A stretch of DNA of 21,472 nt, from IMG/VR virus record IMGVR_UViG_3300027719_000270; one strand, given 5' to 3'. Positions 16,029-21,472 of this stretch are shown one piece after another (position 1 is the first letter of the stretch; each line of letters starts with the position of its first letter). A model generated the notes under the pieces. It saw nothing but the letters and a program-made list of their open reading frames with translations, ran no database searches and was not told where the DNA came from. Both the position numbers and the translations under genes were made by a program. This stretch comes from an uncultured virus (IMG/VR IMGVR_UViG_3300027719_000270) (lineage: Duplodnaviria > Heunggongvirae > Uroviricota > Caudoviricetes).

Positions 16029-16466
16029 ATGAACCCGTTTTATGAGATCCAATCCTCCATTGAGGGCGTTGCGGCCGCCGCAATAGATAATACGAAAGTA
16101 AAGGTACTTTCGCGGCGCAAGGGCGATACCAAAAATGAGGTAGACGCGGAACTTTCAAAAATTGGCGTGGCCGTTATTGTGTCCGCACCGCTGCCCATTG
16201 AATACGGCACGGGCGGCGGCAATGCACTGTATATAGATAAGGTGCGCATCGGCCTGCAAATAATTGAAAACGTCGGGTTAAATAAGACGGCGCCCAAGGC
16301 GTTTGAGCTGCTGACTCTCCTCACAAAAAAATTTCACAACGAGCGCATAACGCTCAGTGACGGACAAATAATAACATTTGTTTTGCTGCCCGTCGAGGAC
16401 AAGTCGCCCGAAGATACGGCGCATGTCATTCTCTTTCAACCTATGGAATTTGCATTAACAATTTAA
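16029..16466 (+). CDS. Putative tail completion/terminator protein (gp37/K position)
   Basis: Size, alpha/beta pattern and synteny only. Confidence 0.55.
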   Translation: MNPFYEIQSSIEGVAAAAIDNTKVKVLSRRKGDTKNEVDAELSKIGVAVIVSAPLPIEYGTGGGNALYIDKVRIGLQIIENVGLNKTAPKAFELLTLLTKKFHNERITLSDGQIITFVLLPVEDKSPEDTAHVILFQPMEFALTI

Positions 16467-16496
16467 CAAAATTTTAACTCAACACTAAGGAAATAT

Positions 16497-17492
16497 ATGG
16501 GCTTCAAAGCACAACCAATAAAAGTCATCAAGGGGCCTTGCTTCGTAAAATACGGTGCAAACGCCTTTGTCACAAAGGGCGACGTCAAAGTCGCATTTAA
16601 GGGCACCTATGAAAAAATCCCCACGGGCACCGGCGGCAACATAGGTTCAATGCTGGTAGGCATGCGCGCCGATATAACATTCTCGCCGCGAGAATTTACC
16701 GCGCTTGCGGCACTCTTTGCGTTTAAAGATTGGGTTGCTGGGCAGCCTATATTTTCTGACGCGGGCGGCGCCGATGAGGTTTTAAGCATATATTCAGCCA
16801 GCACAAGCGCGGCGGGCAAGACCGACGAGCTTGAGTTTTCGCGCGCAGGGCAGACTGGCTTTTCGGCGCTGACTCTCGGAGTTAAGGCGGACCCGCTCGC
16901 GGATTTAACGTATACCGCACTGCCAAATCTTCGTCGAGGCGGCCTTACCGACCGCGGCGTGCTTGCGCTTGAGACGGTCATAGACGCCCCCTTTACGGTG
17001 CCCGCCTTGGTACCTGCAAACATTATGCGCATACCCGCGATTGGCAAAATCGGCGACATCTATTTTGACATGGATGACGGCGCGCAAATTACCTTCAATG
17101 TGCCGACAACCGAAGACAGCACCTGCCGCACGGGCGTGCATAACCTAATCTGCGGCGACATCGAAGTAAGCGCGCAGTTAAAAGCAAAAAATATCTCCGA
17201 ATCCGATTGGCGTTCTATCGCCAAGCTTTACGGCACTACTGCGCTCGGCGGCGTGTTGGGTCTTACAGCGCCCGATCTTATCTTGCGCGGCGCCAAGGCG
17301 GGCGATTACCAATTCACGCTGCCGCGCGCAGAATGCGATACGGATAAGGAGCTTTTGTTCTCTCGCACCGAAAACCGTTTTGGCGCGCTCACATTCAACT
17401 CTTACGGCGATGATGCCGGCAAGCGGTTCTTGGTTGCGCTCGCCGCGGCCGATGTCGCCTTTGATGACTTAGCGCCGCTGCCCGCGGCTTAA
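16497..17492 (+). CDS. Putative major tail tube protein (non-contractile type)
   Basis: Strong AAGGA SD. IKGP..V..G...TKGDVKV.F N-terminus typical of tube proteins; beta-rich. No sheath gene before it. Confidence 0.6.
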   Translation: MGFKAQPIKVIKGPCFVKYGANAFVTKGDVKVAFKGTYEKIPTGTGGNIGSMLVGMRADITFSPREFTALAALFAFKDWVAGQPIFSDAGGADEVLSIYSASTSAAGKTDELEFSRAGQTGFSALTLGVKADPLADLTYTALPNLRRGGLTDRGVLALETVIDAPFTVPALVPANIMRIPAIGKIGDIYFDMDDGAQITFNVPTTEDSTCRTGVHNLICGDIEVSAQLKAKNISESDWRSIAKLYGTTALGGVLGLTAPDLILRGAKAGDYQFTLPRAECDTDKELLFSRTENRFGALTFNSYGDDAGKRFLVALAAADVAFDDLAPLPAA

Positions 17493-17496
17493 TATT

Positions 17497-17994
17497 ATGC
17501 TGCCCGCGCGGATAGAGTTTGCAGGTATGGTATTGGGCGAGGTGGGTATCGACGGCGTTTACGCGATTGATACACGCCTCGTCTCGATTGCGCGCGAAAC
17601 ACAGACAATTAAACTACGCGGGGCGCTCTTCCCCCACCAAATTTCCGCGCGCAAAACCAGCGCAGTATTAAGCGTAACGGTATCGCGCACCATGCCGTCA
17701 GTCTATACTGCGGAGCGTTACGAAATTGCCCACGCGACAAAACTGGCCGAGCTTGAGGGCGGCAATGTGCGCGCTGATACCGCGCGTAACACATACATTG
17801 CGCCATACGCACAGCTTGCGGGCATCACGCCGCAGCGCAACGGCATAAACGTTAAGATGACCTATGAGTTTCTCTGCGGGCGCATAGACACCGCATGGGC
17901 GCTTGTCGCAAAAATCGGCATGGATGCAACGCCCGCGCGCTTACTCATGCGTTTAAACGGCGTCGAAACAATACCAACCCTAGAAAAAATTTAA
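17497..17994 (+). CDS. Putative tail tip/distal-tail-like protein
   Basis: Beta-rich 165 aa after the tube gene. The fold guess is by pattern only. Confidence 0.45.
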   Translation: MLPARIEFAGMVLGEVGIDGVYAIDTRLVSIARETQTIKLRGALFPHQISARKTSAVLSVTVSRTMPSVYTAERYEIAHATKLAELEGGNVRADTARNTYIAPYAQLAGITPQRNGINVKMTYEFLCGRIDTAWALVAKIGMDATPARLLMRLNGVETIPTLEKI

Positions 17995-17995
17995 T

Positions 17996-18265
17996 ATGGC
18001 AAATTTACCTGACGTCCAAATCGGCGATATTACGCCAAACCCCACCTTGCCCGACACCGCAAAAATCCCCTGGAGCGAGGGGGCAATAACATACGCCGCG
18101 CTTTACGCGCAAATAAAGGCCGCGCTTTTGGCGGACATACGCGCAAGCGGCCTTACGCTTGAGGGCGCGCTTTTGCTCAAAAACAAAGAGTCTGCGGCGC
18201 TTGAAGAAATCGCAATCACCACAAACGCCCAAGGCGTCTCAATCCCGTTTGTACCAGAGGAGTAA
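17996..18265 (+). CDS. Small tail-associated protein resembling fibre N-terminal segments
   Basis: QIGDITP...LPDTAKIP...G.TY...AQIK resembles the KISELP-type starts of fibre proteins. Begins 1 nt after the previous stop. Confidence 0.55.
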   Translation: MANLPDVQIGDITPNPTLPDTAKIPWSEGAITYAALYAQIKAALLADIRASGLTLEGALLLKNKESAALEEIAITTNAQGVSIPFVPEE

Positions 18266-18269
18266 TTTT

Positions 18270-19850
18270 ATGATTAAAAAAATTTTACCATTGATTATTT
18301 TAATGGCGGCCTCGCAGACCGTGCAGGCGGCCTATAACCGCCCGCTTACGGTGGATGAGTCGGAGCACTTGCACCCGGGCAGCAATTTTATTGTCAATAA
18401 TGACCTCGCCACAAATGCGAGCGTGCTGTCCGCCCTCGATGATTTTACGGGCGGCGACCTGACGGGGCTGCTTGTTAATTACGTAACCAATACGCAGCTC
18501 ACCGCGGCGCTCGCCTCTTTTGCGCAGACTGCGGACTATTATACTAAGACATACATTGACGCCACATATTACACCAAGACGGCGGGCGATGCGCGCTACG
18601 CGCTCAAAACCGACGTGCCCACAATCGCAACGCTCACGCCCGGCACGGGCATTACGGGTACGGATTTTAACGGCAGCGCCGCGGCAACGTGGAGCCTCAA
18701 CCAAACGTACATCGACGGCCGCGCAAATACCGTTGCCACGCAGCTCATAGACGCCCGCCTGCCGGAGCAAAAAAAATACCCCGTATTTTTAATAGATACC
18801 TCCGGCGGGTTTTCTGATGCCGAGGTTAAGGGCTGTTTGCCTTATTATTCTGCGGATTTCGTGCGCCTTTGGTATACCACCACCACCGCCGCAGACAACG
18901 CCACGGGCTACCGCACCAACGCCAAGGCGGACATTTACGCCGACATATTCTTTACGTCCCCGGATATCCCCCTCATAGACGCGCGTCGCATTATCCAATT
19001 TGTTCCTGAGGCTTATAACACAATAGCCGCACAGGCGGCCGCAATGTCGGCGCTTTCTGCGGGGCCCGCCGTGCCCGCAATAGGCGGCATTGAGATTTGG
19101 CCAAACGTAAGCGCGTACATAGGCGATCCGGTCGAGGTGCCTGTGGCCGCTTTTTTCGAGCCTGAAAATAACCCCGCTTATATTGACCCGTCTAAATACG
19201 TCGCAAACCCGGGGGCAACAGACGGCAGCGTGTCTTTTGTTGCCACGCGTTTAACGCCTACGGATTTTGAGCGGTCAGCCGCGGGCAATCCTATATATCG
19301 CCCCATCATGCCTTTTTACTGCCTAAAAACCCGCCCCGTCCAATACATCTTGCGCGATGAGCAGTTCGGCGATGTGGCCGACCTTTTAATCTGGCCGCGC
19401 GGTTTGCGCATAAGCGCGGCCACGCGCATTACAAGCGGCCTTCCCGCAGGCTATGTCAGCGGCGTCCAAATCAGCGGTTATAGGGTATTGGGGGAGTTCT
19501 CGGGCTCGGCGGGGCTGGTCTATTACCCATATACCTTTGAGGCGGGCAAAACTTATATGGTTATCACGTCGGCGTGGGTTAAGGCCGTCAGTGCAACGCC
19601 GACAGCCAAAATCGGCATAGGTGTATACACATCGTTTTTAAACTCAACCTATGTTAATCGCGGATGGAGTTTTGGCGCGATGAGCAGCACCGCTTGGACA
19701 AAAATGACCTACATTACGACATTTGTCTGCTCGGCCTCTACCACTACAAACGCGCAGAAAATCGGCATAATGGTAGGCATACAAGGCTCGGACACGGTCT
19801 GCACCGCGCAAATCACAGGTCTGACCGTTGCGGCAATTCAACTTGATTAA
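18270..19850 (+). CDS. Tail-fibre/adhesin-like protein with N-terminal signal peptide (526 aa)
   Basis: ATG 4 nt after the previous stop with GAGGAG SD. MIKKILPLIILMAASQTVQA-A signal, YYTKT repeats, GDARY, TLTPGTGITGTDFNGS, and a C-terminal beta-sandwich-like region (FEAGKTY...AWVK...WTKM). Confidence 0.75.
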   Translation: MIKKILPLIILMAASQTVQAAYNRPLTVDESEHLHPGSNFIVNNDLATNASVLSALDDFTGGDLTGLLVNYVTNTQLTAALASFAQTADYYTKTYIDATYYTKTAGDARYALKTDVPTIATLTPGTGITGTDFNGSAAATWSLNQTYIDGRANTVATQLIDARLPEQKKYPVFLIDTSGGFSDAEVKGCLPYYSADFVRLWYTTTTAADNATGYRTNAKADIYADIFFTSPDIPLIDARRIIQFVPEAYNTIAAQAAAMSALSAGPAVPAIGGIEIWPNVSAYIGDPVEVPVAAFFEPENNPAYIDPSKYVANPGATDGSVSFVATRLTPTDFERSAAGNPIYRPIMPFYCLKTRPVQYILRDEQFGDVADLLIWPRGLRISAATRITSGLPAGYVSGVQISGYRVLGEFSGSAGLVYYPYTFEAGKTYMVITSAWVKAVSATPTAKIGIGVYTSFLNSTYVNRGWSFGAMSSTAWTKMTYITTFVCSASTTTNAQKIGIMVGIQGSDTVCTAQITGLTVAAIQLD

Positions 19851-19867
19851 ACAAAACGGACAAACCC

Positions 19868-20251
19868 ATGCAAAAAAAATCTTTAATAAAATTCTCTTGC
19901 TGGCTATTCGCCGCCTCTTTGGCGTCTTGCCAACCCGCGCACGCGCAAGCGGGGCTTGCGGTGCCGACAGAGTTTGCGGCCTTTGGCAAAACCCTATCGC
20001 TGTCGTATGAGGTGCATAACTCAAGCGCAGACCCCGCGCGCGATTTTGCGCGCCTACAAGCCGCCGCCGAGGCGCAATATACCGCGCTTTGCCCGGGGCG
20101 TCTCAAAGTAAACCTCTCGCCCATGTCGTATTTTGGGCAATGGCGCGCGGCTCTCATAAAATCAAACGCCGCCGCCGCAGACTGGCAAAAATTTTACACG
20201 GTTTTAAACACTGAGCTTCAAAACCAACAAAAAATCAAAAAGGAAAACTAA
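19868..20251 (+). CDS. Exported protein or lipoprotein, unknown function
   Basis: MQKK plus hydrophobic core, then LASC (lipobox-like, Cys21) and AHA-Q (SPase I-like). Confidence 0.7.
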   Translation: MQKKSLIKFSCWLFAASLASCQPAHAQAGLAVPTEFAAFGKTLSLSYEVHNSSADPARDFARLQAAAEAQYTALCPGRLKVNLSPMSYFGQWRAALIKSNAAAADWQKFYTVLNTELQNQQKIKKEN

Positions 20252-20917
20252 ATGAAAAAACTACTCTCTATTATATTCTGCACCGCGCTGCTATTAGTAT
20301 GCGGTTGGTCGTCTACCATGGCCGCAACCTTTGCGGAGCTTGCGGCAAGCTTGCCCGATGACGCCAAGCTCCGCCCCGCAGCCGCAAAGGCGATATTGAC
20401 CAACGGCGATAACCTCGCGATTATCGGCGTAGAGTTTGACAAGGTCAGCGGTGAGACTGTTGTCTACACCGCACTTTTTACGGTCGAAAAGGAGCGCATA
20501 CTTTTGACGTATTACGCGGAAACTCTGACACCGTCTGAAGGCAATATGCTCTCGATGTGCAGGGTTGCCCGCGCGCGCTTTGCAAAGCTTGCGTCTGCCG
20601 AGCTTTACGCCGCCGCGCTCGGCTCTCCAAACCTCTCCGAGATTGAAAAATTGTCCCTGCAAATACACCGCGGCGACCTTGCGGAGTTTTGGGCATTAGA
20701 CCCCTCGCTCTTTGACGCCGGCCAAGCAACGGCTTTTTTAAACAAACTCGAAAAACTGAGGCTGCAAAAGTCCGATTCGGACTGCTTTGAAAAATACATG
20801 CAGCTTTGCAAAGTGTGGGTAGATAAGGCGGCATTTGCAGACCAATACGCCCGCGCCGTAAAGCTGCGCGACTATTATTTTGCGGCGCTCCAGAGCGCGC
20901 AGATACTAAACCAATAA
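20252..20917 (+). CDS. Exported alpha-helical protein, unknown function
   Basis: AAGGA SD; MKKLLSIIFCTALLLVCGWSSTMA-A signal-like N-terminus. Confidence 0.75.
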   Translation: MKKLLSIIFCTALLLVCGWSSTMAATFAELAASLPDDAKLRPAAAKAILTNGDNLAIIGVEFDKVSGETVVYTALFTVEKERILLTYYAETLTPSEGNMLSMCRVARARFAKLASAELYAAALGSPNLSEIEKLSLQIHRGDLAEFWALDPSLFDAGQATAFLNKLEKLRLQKSDSDCFEKYMQLCKVWVDKAAFADQYARAVKLRDYYFAALQSAQILNQ

Positions 20918-20938
20918 ACAAAAACAAAAGAGGCAATC

Positions 20939-21472
20939 ATGAAAAAATTACTGATAATATTTGGAGCGGCCTTGTCCGCATTTACTCTCGGTGGGTGCGC
21001 AAATACCACGAAGATTCTCGAAACGACCTACGCCGAAGACGGTAAAACCGTTGCGAAAACCATAGAGACTGAAACCGATGAAAGCATAGGCTCAATCTTG
21101 GCAAAAGCGTATGTCGACGACTCGAAAAATAAGTTCCGAGTTGTTTGGATGGACGCCAACAAATTTGACCTGGGTATTACCTATACCAGCGGCGTGCCGA
21201 CTTTGGGCGTAGGCTACCTGTCTATGAACGGCGGCTTTATTGATGTTCCGTTCAAGGTCGACGGAACCCCTCTCATAACCTTAGACAAGGATGCGGTAGG
21301 ATATTTGGCCAACATCGTCAAAGCCACTAAGCTCGACATGGGGGTTTCATACGATAATAGCGGAGACTTCTCATTCGGTACAGGCAGCTCTGCATCGGCA
21401 ACATCGGCAAACGCTGCAGTTCAAACTGATAATACGTCTGCCGTATCGACAACGGCAACCGAAAACAAGTAA
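20939..21472 (+). CDS. Lipoprotein, unknown function
   Basis: GAGG SD; MKKLLIIFGAALSAFTLGG-C lipobox (Cys20); Ser/Thr/Ala-rich tail. Stop codon at the window end. Confidence 0.8.
   Translation: MKKLLIIFGAALSAFTLGGCANTTKILETTYAEDGKTVAKTIETETDESIGSILAKAYVDDSKNKFRVVWMDANKFDLGITYTSGVPTLGVGYLSMNGGFIDVPFKVDGTPLITLDKDAVGYLANIVKATKLDMGVSYDNSGDFSFGTGSSASATSANAAVQTDNTSAVSTTATENK

Larger units (their letters stand above)
1..21472. mobile_element. Mu-like transposable prophage (internal segment; neither end identified)
   Basis: Divergent repressor/Ner pair, DDE transposase plus AAA ATPase B, Gam, GemA-like, gpF-gpG-gpI-gpT-gp36 head cluster in Mu order. Membership of 1-2624 is inferred from co-orientation and tight spacing with the repressor. 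Confidence 0.93.

Noticed and set aside
17980..17998. A-run at the end of the 165-aa ORF as a tail-chaperone -1 slippery site
   Set aside because: No in-frame X XXY YYZ heptamer, and the next ORF is in the +1 frame.
18159..18269. Longer start for the fibre gene, or a frameshift fusion with 17996-18265
   Set aside because: The TTG start overlaps the previous gene by over 100 nt, while ATG 18270 has a GAGGAG SD. A fusion would need a +1 shift and I see no convincing shift site.
3640..20936. Many minus-strand and alternate-frame ORFs (e.g. 5918-6433, 9167-9718, 16607-17059, 18300-18770, 20478-20936)
   Set aside because: They lie wholly over motif-bearing plus-strand phage genes, lack recognisable motifs, and are expected shadows in GC-rich coding DNA.
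20939..21472. Terminal lipoprotein as an o-spanin
   Set aside because: Long, not Pro-rich, and no recognisable i-spanin, holin or endolysin beside it in this window. Not excluded, but unsupported.

Overview
The window is almost entirely the left and central part of a Mu-like (transposable) prophage. Left of a short XRE-HTH repressor lies an AT-rich leftward accessory operon (1-2624) of membrane proteins, small peptides and a degenerate 150-bp gene duplication. To the right come the divergent early operon (Ner/Cro-like, ParB-domain protein, DDE transposase A, ATPase B, Gam, GemA-like and an HTH protein) and a late region (MuF/gpF, gpG, protease I with internal scaffold, capsid cement, capsid gpT, gp36/gp37-like, tail tube, fibre-like protein). 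Main oddities: (1) gpF carries a C-terminal HExxH metallopeptidase followed by a small ORF, matching a MuF polymorphic toxin-immunity layout. (2) The tail-fibre-like protein and the three ORFs after it all start with signal peptides. (3) Terminase, portal, lysis and tape-measure genes are absent from their usual positions. (4) The transposase appears to have a D-E-E triad. (5) Small repeated peptide motifs occur in the accessory operon. Neither prophage end is visible. All family calls come from motif reading and synteny, not database searches.
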